DNA of 24,269 nucleotides from NCBI GenBank assembly GCA_029932605.1, contig JAOZPT010000040.1:1-24269 (forward strand), read 5' to 3'. This document shows positions 16,015 through 24,269 of the stretch, piece by piece. The translations under genes and the position numbers were made by a program. The notes beneath the pieces are model-generated. The model was not told the DNA's origin and did no database searches. It worked only from the letters and a program-made list of their open reading frames with translations. The stretch is from Candidatus Zixiibacteriota bacterium (GTDB taxonomy: Bacteria > Zixibacteria > MSB-5A5 > UBA10806 > 4484-95). Numbering within the stretch: position 1 is the first letter of the stretch; every line of letters starts with the position of its first letter.

Positions 16015-18128
16015 AAAGTATGATTTTCAACTGTGTTGATAATCCTCCTGGCCTCTGAATATTGTCTGAATAATTTATGGATCTTATCAGCATTCCTATT
16101 TATCACATCGATATACTTTTCTACCTCTTCTTTTTTGATATCTTTTTTATTCTTTATGTACTCACATGAGGCCAGGATTCCTGCAAGCGGTCCATTGATT
16201 CTACTATTGATTCCCGAGACAAGATTAAAACTTTCTACCTGACTCTCATAGTAATTAAGCCGCTTATATATAAGCCTTTTTGAATCAACAAGAGCCTTTC
16301 TGATGTTGATGTTTTCTTTTCTCCAGAACAACATCGAGATAATAGTTGTAAGCAGTGAAGCAAAAACCAACTGGAACGGACCAAATTTATTACGAGCCAG
16401 GTTTCGACTTTCACCCAATGTAACCACACCAAAAGTTTTTCCATCAATTGTTATTGGAATAATCATGCTCTGGGAAATTCCTTTGGGAAATAAAAGTTCC
16501 ATCTCAAGCTTTGATACTCGAAATGGTTGATCTTCGACCGAAAATATCCTGGGTTTACCTGTAGCAACAACCTTACTGTGAAAATATAAATCAGATAAAT
16601 TAAAAATATCGGTTGACTCCTCATTGAAAAGAATTTGACGATGTTGATAAAATGCCTGAGTTTTAAAACTATTTTTATCAAGAAGCATGATACGGCAGAA
16701 AGTAGCGGGAGTTTTTTCCACTATTATCTTTGCCAGTTCGTTAAGGATATTGCTTGACTTTTGCTGCTCGAAAATCTTCTCCAACGAGAATCTAATTGCC
16801 CCGCTTCTATCGAGTGTTTCTGCTGTTATAGATTCATTTATTTCGTGCAGGATTACTCCTGAGAGCACGTTAGCAATAGCGTTTACAGCGACGATCTCAT
16901 TTTGGCTAAATTTATATTTACCATTAACAGAGAGGCTTATAACTCCTACAACTTTACCTCTTACCACAATAGGTGTAAAAAATGATGCATAATTTTCCCG
17001 TGGTTTAAAATTATCGCTGATAAGAAAGGCATCACCGGGCAAAGCTAAACCGCGCTTATTAGCTAAAACCCATCTGACCGGTTTATATTCAAAATCGTTG
17101 AAATATCCTTTCTCGACTATAACACTTCCACCTCCGCGAAGGTTAAAATCCAGGATATGCGAGGGGCCATTGCCCAATAGATATAGATGTATTGAATCAA
17201 ATTCTATCAGCTGTCGCAACAATCTACCCAGTCTGATAATATGGGTATTAAGGTTATCGTTCGAACGGCAAGTCTTCAAAATAACTGATATAAAGTCCCT
17301 GAAAGCTTTTTGAGAGTTGTTTGATCTCTGCAGGCCTTCTTTGTATAACATAAGACCAACATGTTCACAGGCAACTTCTAAAGTCCTTAAATCCTCCTGC
17401 GAAAAAAGTCCGGGATGGTCCGTGTAAACAGTTAATACCCCAATTCGCTTGTTGCAGAAATCGACTGGCACCGCCAAAGCATCAACTACCGGCCCGGAAG
17501 TTGTTTCAATTGTATCTTCATGGTTAATACGGATTTGTTCGTCAAGTTTGAATATCTCACCGGTTTTATAGACCTTTGCATGTAAACCGCTTTTAACTGA
17601 AGATATTAACCTTTTTGACCTTTCTGTAAGCCCTACACTTGAAAAAAGAGATAGCTGATTTTGTTTATCTACGACATGCAAAGAAGCACCTTGATAATCG
17701 TGATGTTTCATTACCGCTTCAGCTATTTTTCTAAATGTGGTTGCTGAACCGTTACCGTAGGCTGATAATCTCGAAATATTTTCATAAAGTTTAACCTTTT
17801 TTGTTTCACTATGCAGACAGGTAGAAATAGAAAAATTATACGGAAGCCATAAAGCTATCCCAAGGATCATTAACACCCAACCCCCGGTGTAACCAACCAT
17901 TGACTCAAGAATGAAAAACACCGTAGATTTACTGTATTCCGCACCCAGCAAACCCATATTTCCAACAAGCCCGATAACGGTGCCGAATATCAACAAACTA
18001 CAACCATATGCCATCATCATGACGGCTTTCCGGCGGTGAAGGAAATATCCGGATTTTAACTTATAAAAAACCAAAAATACCGAAACAACGGATAACAACC
18101 AAATAAGCTTCTGTTGTGCTAAAAACAT
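16011..18128 (-). CDS. Membrane protein: about 3 TM + 3 GAF + His-less DHp (HisKA-like) hairpin, no ATPase domain
   Basis: Three N-terminal hydrophobic helices. GAF signatures ALAVPV..IGVLTV..FSQEDL, FFTPIV..VGVISL..FSQNEI and SMIIPI..FGVVTLGE..F. C-terminal GINSRINGPLAGIL..YIDVINRNADKI. SD GGAG. Confidence 0.85.
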   Translation of the reverse strand: MFLAQQKLIWLLSVVSVFLVFYKLKSGYFLHRRKAVMMMAYGCSLLIFGTVIGLVGNMGLLGAEYSKSTVFFILESMVGYTGGWVLMILGIALWLPYNFSISTCLHSETKKVKLYENISRLSAYGNGSATTFRKIAEAVMKHHDYQGASLHVVDKQNQLSLFSSVGLTERSKRLISSVKSGLHAKVYKTGEIFKLDEQIRINHEDTIETTSGPVVDALAVPVDFCNKRIGVLTVYTDHPGLFSQEDLRTLEVACEHVGLMLYKEGLQRSNNSQKAFRDFISVILKTCRSNDNLNTHIIRLGRLLRQLIEFDSIHLYLLGNGPSHILDFNLRGGGSVIVEKGYFNDFEYKPVRWVLANKRGLALPGDAFLISDNFKPRENYASFFTPIVVRGKVVGVISLSVNGKYKFSQNEIVAVNAIANVLSGVILHEINESITAETLDRSGAIRFSLEKIFEQQKSSNILNELAKIIVEKTPATFCRIMLLDKNSFKTQAFYQHRQILFNEESTDIFNLSDLYFHSKVVATGKPRIFSVEDQPFRVSKLEMELLFPKGISQSMIIPITIDGKTFGVVTLGESRNLARNKFGPFQLVFASLLTTIISMLFWRKENINIRKALVDSKRLIYKRLNYYESQVESFNLVSGINSRINGPLAGILASCEYIKNKKDIKKEEVEKYIDVINRNADKIHKLFRQYSEARRIINTVENHTL

Positions 18129-18182
18129 TCATCTCTCCATTCGGATGGGACTTTTATGCTTAACTCATTACCTTTTACTATA

Positions 18183-18209
18183 GTATCGGATTGCCAACCG
18201 ATTTTTTAA
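18183..18209 (-). promoter_or_regulatory. Putative sigma28-type promoter of the GAF-kinase operon
   Basis: Minus strand TTAAA-N14-TCCGATAC, 54 nt upstream of ATG 18128, with the same spacing as the motif at 6799-6825. Confidence 0.45.
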
Positions 18210-18527
18210 GTCCAGATTGAGAAAATAACCAATCAGGCTAATAACCCTTTCTGAATCAACAGTTCTACATAGAAAATTTAATAGGAGAATGATTTATTCA
18301 CTGTTCCCGAACTTTTATAAATCATAGCTTTTAAAACTTCACCCTCAAACCCCACAATAGTTACCCTACTCTTCTAAATCATTACATCCGAAATAGCCTT
18401 TATATTCTCAATATTATTAACAAGCTAAAATAATAATAAAAATCGTGAAATATATTTTCCATTTAGACAAATACCCGTATGTAAAATAAAGATCACGTAA
18501 ACAGTTTAATACTCAAGGGCATATTTG

Positions 18528-19712
18528 TTAATAAGCAAGGGGTTTTATGGGAAGTTTTACCGTAAATACAGCCCCATTATCATTTGAATTTACTGCGGTT
18601 ATGTCTCCACCATGAGCGGTAACTATTCCATAAGCCATGGACAATCCCAGGCCATTGAATCTGCTACTACCGCCAGCCATCACGCTTTTAGTGGAGTGAA
18701 AAGGCACGAAAATATCATCCAGGTCATCAACGGATAATCCCGGTCCTGAATCTTTAAATTCCACAACAGTAAAAACCTCGTCAGCATCAAGGTTTATCTG
18801 AAGCAGGCCACCATTATCCATTATTTCTATAGCATTTAATATAATACTGAGAAATGCCTGTTTAATCATTTCAAAATCAACATAGACTTCAGGAACTTGT
18901 TTAAACGATTTGTCAACAGTGATTTTTTCTTTTTCAAATTCGTTACTCATCAAATCCAGAACGTCGTTTATGAGCCTATCTATGTAAACGAAATCTTTCG
19001 AAGGTTTTTGCAATCCGCTAAACTTGAAAAGCTTGTTGATAATCTGGCTTGCTTTCTCTGTAACCTCTAAGATCGTCTCTAAAACAGAGCTTGTTTCATT
19101 TGGGTCAGGATGTTTTATAGCATTATCAGTAAGACCGATAATCGCTCCCAGAAGGTTATTAAACTCATGAGATAAGCCACCTGCCAATTGCTGAAGAGAT
19201 TGTATTTTCTTTTGATGCATTATTCGCTCGGTAGTTACATCGGGATTAGAACAATCTTGTACATGAGCCAACAATTGATAATACTTATTTTCTGTATTAA
19301 TGGATTTTTGCACATGATAAATCGACCCGGCAAAAAGGTTTACTAAAAGATTGATTTTGTTAAGATGGTTAGGAGAAAGTTTATTTGCAGAGACAATTTC
19401 AAGAGTGGCAAATTTATTATTATTATATTCGATGGGAATCGAAATAGTACCATTTGATACATTATTTTTATAAGAGAAACCATAGTTCAAGCCTTTAACA
19501 ATATCATTATTCTGGTCTACAACTATATTACATTTTATCCCTGGGGAAAATGCCATGATCATTTTTTCAAATCGATTGATAAAATCAAATAAACAATAGT
19601 TCGATTGTTTGGAATTTGCAGATTTTGATTCTTTCAGAATATCGGGTTTTACATCCGGAGTCTTTTTCGCGCTCTTTAATTTATATCCTGTATCAGATTT
19701 CTCAACAAACAA
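18528..19712 (-). CDS. Cytoplasmic sensor histidine kinase (degenerate GAF-like N-terminus + HisKA + HATPase_c)
   Basis: H-box GLSHEFNNLL, SIILNAIE, DSGPGL, PFHSTK, NGLGL, HGGDI, GAVFTVKLP. TTG start preceded by a strong SD AAGGAGGT. Confidence 0.92.
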   Translation of the reverse strand: MFVEKSDTGYKLKSAKKTPDVKPDILKESKSANSKQSNYCLFDFINRFEKMIMAFSPGIKCNIVVDQNNDIVKGLNYGFSYKNNVSNGTISIPIEYNNNKFATLEIVSANKLSPNHLNKINLLVNLFAGSIYHVQKSINTENKYYQLLAHVQDCSNPDVTTERIMHQKKIQSLQQLAGGLSHEFNNLLGAIIGLTDNAIKHPDPNETSSVLETILEVTEKASQIINKLFKFSGLQKPSKDFVYIDRLINDVLDLMSNEFEKEKITVDKSFKQVPEVYVDFEMIKQAFLSIILNAIEIMDNGGLLQINLDADEVFTVVEFKDSGPGLSVDDLDDIFVPFHSTKSVMAGGSSRFNGLGLSMAYGIVTAHGGDITAVNSNDNGAVFTVKLPIKPLAY

Positions 19713-19756
19713 TAATAACCTCCTTGCAAGGGGATATTCAATTTCTATATTCGACA

Positions 19757-19783
19757 GTATTGGATTAACTTACAATCCCTTAA
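19757..19783 (-). promoter_or_regulatory. Weaker sigma28-like motif upstream of the orphan kinase
   Basis: Minus strand TTAAG-N14-TCCAATAC, immediately followed by GTCGAATA. The -10 is one mismatch from that at 18183-18190. Confidence 0.3.
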
Positions 19784-19880
19784 AGTAGAATGTAAGGTAA
19801 TAGCATGAAAAACTTAAAACCAAGTTAACTTTTGAAACAATATCAACAATAAATTAAGGTAAGGCAAGTATGGAGAATTT

Positions 19881-22800
19881 CTATTTCTTTTTTCTGCTTT
19901 GCCATTGAGAAGCCTGATTGACAAAGGCCTCGATTTTCAAGTCTTCGGTTGGATCACCGGGCCCTTCAAAAGCTATGTTAAGCCAGGGAACTCCATCAAG
20001 ATCTGCACTGACCTTCGTTGATAATCCCTGTGTTATGTTCCCCGGCATACAGGTAAACGGCATACAGTTCACGATACCACCGCAACCCGATTGCACGAAA
20101 TCGATAGCTTTACCAATAGTTAAAATCGCTTCACCGCCAACAGAGCGGCTCAGATATGGAGTGGAGTAACTAAGTATTGTAGCTACCGGTTTTTCAGAAT
20201 TACCGTCAAGCAAGCCCGTAACGGGGGCAATAATCTTATTCATTTCGTGGTGCTGGTACATGTCAGTGAGAATAGCTTTAACATAATCAAGATACTGATT
20301 ACGCATAGCACTGTTCATTTTATACATGTAAGTTGTATAGTCAATCCATTCTATGAACGATGCCATGTAAACCTCGGCTCCACATTTTTCCAGCTTTGAT
20401 ACAAGATAATTATTGGAAAAACGGTTATTGCGTATATATATCTCACCAACCAGTCCAATTTTCACTTTAGCTTTACGACCATTATCCAGATTAGAAAGCA
20501 TGCGACCATATTCATCAAGTATACCCCTCAAATGGGTACCCCCACCGGCGATATCATCGCAGCCAGCCTTAAATCCTTCCTTGAATATCTTTTCAGCGAT
20601 GGAAGTGTTATTAACTCGAGCCCTGGCCATTAAGTACAATTTAAAAAGGTTGTCACCGAAAATGAAACCTCTCCAGGCTAGTTTTCTGAATCCCTTCATG
20701 TTGCCCAGGAAATTATTATAGGAATCCCCAGAATCAGGCGATAATATGGGAACATCTTGAAATCCTAGTTCATCCAGCAAGCGACGATGCAAACGGTGGT
20801 ATTGTCCAAAACGACATGGACCTCCGGCCGCTGGCATAAAGAAAGCCGATTTTTCAGGAATAAATCCAGGAGAATTAACAAGCCTGATAAGGTCACCAGT
20901 TGTTAATACCGCTGGATAACACTCCTTGCCGTTCGTATATTTCCTTCCCAGTTCAAGTGTTATATCATCAGATTCAGCCATCACTTCAGCCTCTAATCCA
21001 TAGTGCGTCAACGCAGATTTGAAAATTTCCGCTATATCGGACATTCGAGGAATATATAGTTTCCTATTATATACGTTTCTCTTTAAGCAAGCTGTGGTTT
21101 TTTCTGGTTTATCGACTTTTACCCTGAGGGATCTTATACTATCAAGAAAAGCCTCGCATCTAGTTATCAAGCCTGCATCAGCAGAATGTTCGTCAAGTTC
21201 GAGTTGTAGGAATGGTTTACCCTTCAGAATATGAGCAAAATCATGGATTATAAATGAATCGGGACCGCAACCAAAATTGGTTATATACACAGGGAAAATA
21301 TCATCATGGTTTTTGACATATTCAGCGATACGTAAAATACTTTTGCCATAATGCCAGTAACTATCATCCACTGGCTTACTTTCTACTGGTACCATATCTG
21401 GAGGTAAGCATAAAGCACCCAAACCGGTAATTTTCTTGGGAAGGTCGAGGTTTAAACCCGGGTCACATGTGTTGTATGGACGACCAACGAGAACGAGTTT
21501 CTTAATACCACTACTGGAAAGGTATTCTTTTCCTTTTTCTAGGAGCTTTAGTTTGAAATCCTTATAAGCATTCCGAGCAGATTCAAAAGCCATCAATGTC
21601 TGTTTCTTGGAGCATCCAAGAGTTTTTCCTATTGCAACGATCTGTTTTTTAAGAAGCCTTTCACCATAACCAAAATAAATTGATGGTGAGAGGACCTTGC
21701 TGTATTCAGGCCTATCCCCTACTGCTGCTTTAGCCAAGTAAGGAATTGATTGGACATAGGGACATGTATAACTTTCGGTTTTTTCTCTTTGATGAGATGG
21801 GAAATTAATTATTGATGGCAGGAAGATATAATCCGGGTTGCGGGATAGTAGATTTAGTATGTGGCCATGGGCTACCTTCACCGGAAAACAGGTCTCTGAC
21901 CCCACGCTCTGAGAGCCTTCACGGATAATCGTATTGTTTGTCGGTGTTGAGCTCACTACCTTAAAACCAAGCTCGTTAAAGAACGTTACCCAAAGCGGCC
22001 AGAGACTCCAATTGATTAAAAGCCTGGGGATACCGATCACACCTTTAGTTTTGCCAATATTTTTATTTCCATAGGAAAACATAAATTGGTTTCGCCAAGC
22101 TACAGGATTGTCACTTGATGACCTCGAGCCTTTGTTTTTCGCCTCGGTATCGTATTTTCCACATCGGGAACCATAATAAAGATTTTTATTTCCATCGCCG
22201 GTTATTTTTCTGATGGTGCATACATTGGGACAATCAGTGCAGACAAAACTTTCCTGGACAAATTCAACATCAGCCACTCCAAATCCTTTAAAGCGTGTTT
22301 GCATGTGGCCATTTTCCTTTGCCAGAAAGGCAATACCTATGGCACCGGTGATATCATGATGAGGGGGTACTGTAACCTTTTTACCGGTTACACGTTCAAA
22401 GGCAGCCACCACACCTTTATTCCATGCGACGCCCCCTTGGAAAAATATCTTGTTACCTATCCTTTTTTTACCTACGACCTTATTAAGATAATTTTTCACG
22501 ATGGAATATGCCAAACCAGCCACTATATCCTCTCTGGTGGCACCCTGCTGTTGATGACTTACTATATCCGACTCGATGAAAACAGTGCATCGTTCTCCAC
22601 AACCAATGGGACATTTCGATTTCAATGCCATATTGCCGAACTGTTCCTCAATTGATATATCAAGACGCTCAGCCTGTTCCTGCAAAAACGAGCCTGTACC
22701 AGCAGCACAAGCTTTGTTCATTTCAAAATCCACAACAATACCATTGTCAAGACTTATATACTTCGAATCCTGCCCACCTATCTCGAAAATTGTATCCACC

Positions 22801-24029
22801 TCTGGATCGAAAAACACTGCCGCTTTTGCCTGGGCTGTTATTTCATTCCTGACAACATCAGCGCCTAAAATATCACCTATTAGGTATCTTCCCGAACCGG
22901 TGGTACCAACGCCGGCGATACGCACCCTACCGTCAAGCTCTCTGGCGATTTCCTTAAGACCTCTTTGCACAGTTTTAATGGGGCGACCTTCTGTCATTAA
23001 ATAACGTCTGGCCATAACGCTGCCTTCGGTGTCTATAACCACCAAATTAGTCGACAATGAACCAACATCAACACCGAGATAACCTACATCGGAGGTAATT
23101 TTTGGAGGGCTGTTTGTTTTATCATAATGCTTCAGTTCCGTGTTTACATATACTAAGGGTTCACCACCTTTAGGGACAATCCCTTTACGGTCCAAAACGT
23201 CGATATTTATAGAGCATTTTCCTGTTGATTTTTCCTTTTCCTTAATTGCAGCACCTAAAGCACCATAGTAAAGGTTATATTCAGGGACAATCAGTTCCTC
23301 ATCATTCAGGCCAAGCTCATCTTTAATGGATTTCACCACACCAACATTAAGTGAAACACCGCCAATAAAGACAACCGGTTTAACCAATTTCTTCTTTTTC
23401 AGTATGGTGCTCTTGTAGTTTCTAGCAACTGCATAACACAAACCAGCGATTATATCATAGTCGGAGGTTCCTATCTGCTGGTGATGTATCATATCCGATT
23501 TTGCAAACACCGAACACCTTCCAGCTATATGAGGCGGGTTTACCGATTTTAAAGCCAATTTACCAAACTCATTCTCGATATTGACCTTTAACCTGGCTGC
23601 CTGATGGTCCAAAAACGAGCCTGTTCCAGCCGCACATAAACCACTGGTTGAGAAATCAGCTAATATCTTGTCCTTGATAAGATAATATTTTGAACCTTGA
23701 CCTCCCATCTCAATAGCTGATTCGGTTTGAGGAAAATACTCTACTAAACCTGTAGCGGTAGCGATAATTTCGTTAACATAGCCAGCGCATAAAAGTTCTG
23801 CCGGTCTTTTACCGCCTGTACCGGTAAATGCCACAGCGCCTATGTCATCAAACGAAAAGCCTTTTTCAGAATTGATTTCAATAAGTAACTTCTTCAGGTT
23901 TAATTCTGGAGCCCCCTGGTGACGAATATATCTGGTTAAAAGAATCTCTTTATTCTCATTGATAACTACAACACAAATAGAAATAGAGCCTATATCAATA
24001 CCGAGATATTTCACAGAACAATCTATCAT
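19881..24029 (-). CDS. Fused acyl-CoA dehydratase activase: 2x BadF/BadG/BcrA/BcrD ASKHA ATPase + DUF2229/2-hydroxyacyl-CoA dehydratase-like domains
   Basis: Two repeats of G(I/V)D(I/V)GS, GTG, NEI, E(M/I)GGQ, CAAGTGSFL and RC(S/T)VF. Linker CTDCPNVC...GSRC. Then ETCFPVK, YTCPY, FGCGPD, LDEH, ECYPA, GPCRFGQY, PFTCMP. Start uncertain: ATG 24029, GTG 24014 or TTG 24068. Confidence 0.92.
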   Translation of the reverse strand: MIDCSVKYLGIDIGSISICVVVINENKEILLTRYIRHQGAPELNLKKLLIEINSEKGFSFDDIGAVAFTGTGGKRPAELLCAGYVNEIIATATGLVEYFPQTESAIEMGGQGSKYYLIKDKILADFSTSGLCAAGTGSFLDHQAARLKVNIENEFGKLALKSVNPPHIAGRCSVFAKSDMIHHQQIGTSDYDIIAGLCYAVARNYKSTILKKKKLVKPVVFIGGVSLNVGVVKSIKDELGLNDEELIVPEYNLYYGALGAAIKEKEKSTGKCSINIDVLDRKGIVPKGGEPLVYVNTELKHYDKTNSPPKITSDVGYLGVDVGSLSTNLVVIDTEGSVMARRYLMTEGRPIKTVQRGLKEIARELDGRVRIAGVGTTGSGRYLIGDILGADVVRNEITAQAKAAVFFDPEVDTIFEIGGQDSKYISLDNGIVVDFEMNKACAAGTGSFLQEQAERLDISIEEQFGNMALKSKCPIGCGERCTVFIESDIVSHQQQGATREDIVAGLAYSIVKNYLNKVVGKKRIGNKIFFQGGVAWNKGVVAAFERVTGKKVTVPPHHDITGAIGIAFLAKENGHMQTRFKGFGVADVEFVQESFVCTDCPNVCTIRKITGDGNKNLYYGSRCGKYDTEAKNKGSRSSSDNPVAWRNQFMFSYGNKNIGKTKGVIGIPRLLINWSLWPLWVTFFNELGFKVVSSTPTNNTIIREGSQSVGSETCFPVKVAHGHILNLLSRNPDYIFLPSIINFPSHQREKTESYTCPYVQSIPYLAKAAVGDRPEYSKVLSPSIYFGYGERLLKKQIVAIGKTLGCSKKQTLMAFESARNAYKDFKLKLLEKGKEYLSSSGIKKLVLVGRPYNTCDPGLNLDLPKKITGLGALCLPPDMVPVESKPVDDSYWHYGKSILRIAEYVKNHDDIFPVYITNFGCGPDSFIIHDFAHILKGKPFLQLELDEHSADAGLITRCEAFLDSIRSLRVKVDKPEKTTACLKRNVYNRKLYIPRMSDIAEIFKSALTHYGLEAEVMAESDDITLELGRKYTNGKECYPAVLTTGDLIRLVNSPGFIPEKSAFFMPAAGGPCRFGQYHRLHRRLLDELGFQDVPILSPDSGDSYNNFLGNMKGFRKLAWRGFIFGDNLFKLYLMARARVNNTSIAEKIFKEGFKAGCDDIAGGGTHLRGILDEYGRMLSNLDNGRKAKVKIGLVGEIYIRNNRFSNNYLVSKLEKCGAEVYMASFIEWIDYTTYMYKMNSAMRNQYLDYVKAILTDMYQHHEMNKIIAPVTGLLDGNSEKPVATILSYSTPYLSRSVGGEAILTIGKAIDFVQSGCGGIVNCMPFTCMPGNITQGLSTKVSADLDGVPWLNIAFEGPGDPTEDLKIEAFVNQASQWQSRKKK

Positions 24030-24163
24030 CAAACGTATATTTATATAATAATCTCTACTATGATGCAAGGAAAAGATTAATAAAGGTATACTCGAAACAT
24101 TGATTTATTTAATTATTATCTTACTAATTACTAAATTTAACCGATACATTTTCTAAATATCAC

Positions 24164-24192
24164 TTGATTTTAAACAAATTTTAATATATAAT
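24164..24192 (+). promoter_or_regulatory. Probable sigma70-type promoter for a divergent gene beyond the window
   Basis: TTGATT (24164-24169) - 17 nt - TATAAT (24187-24192). Confidence 0.5.
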
Positions 24193-24269
24193 TTTATGAG
24201 GCTTCAACATAAAGATAAGAGTCTCCTTTGCAGGGTAGTGGTTCGTGATAACTAACAATCAAATATACA

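Noticed and set aside
15700..16250. Frameshift hiding an HATPase domain for the 705 aa protein
   Set aside because: No N/G1/F/G2 boxes appear downstream in the ORF-track translations. The stop overlaps the next start (ATGA) and the His is itself substituted.
18129..18527. Sigma54 -24/-12 promoter (TGGCAA at 18191-18196) for the kinase operon
   Set aside because: There is no GC at the required GG-N10-GC spacing. The same applies to TGGCAG near 9850.
645..23004. Numerous short + strand and alternate-frame ORFs in the track
   Set aside because: They lie within or opposite well-supported minus-strand genes, are typical antisense open frames, and show no domain signatures.
24196..24255. 19 aa ORF or riboswitch after the + strand promoter
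   Set aside because: The ATG is only 3 nt after the -10 box and has no SD. I recognise no riboswitch consensus, and the window ends before context is visible.

Overview
AT-rich bacterial chromosomal window, with almost all genes on the minus strand. The secreted proteins with C-terminal T9SS-type/FlgD-like tails suggest an FCB-superphylum organism, possibly Zixibacteria-like; this is an inference. From left to right: the 3' end of a + strand T9SS-tail gene; a lemA-rnpB (RNase P RNA)-recJ unit behind a perfect TTGACA-N17-TATAAT promoter; two tandem paralogous secreted acidic proteins with T9SS-type tails, each with its own promoter and terminator; an orphan sigma54-dependent NtrC/AtoC-family response regulator; a polyprenyl synthase-UbiE/MenG methyltransferase-lipoprotein thermonuclease cluster; an 8 kb three-gene overlapping GAF-rich signalling operon; a further orphan histidine kinase; and a fused acyl-CoA dehydratase activase/dehydratase. 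Two observations stand out. (1) The first gene of the GAF operon encodes a membrane-anchored 3xGAF protein ending in a His-less DHp hairpin with no ATPase domain (a pseudokinase), coupled to two hybrid kinases. (2) A sigma28/FliA-like motif, T(C/T)AA(G/A)-N14-(A/T)CC(G/A)ATA(T/C), lies upstream of all three signalling units, suggesting a dispersed co-regulated phosphorelay. No mobile element, tRNA, rRNA or CRISPR array was seen.
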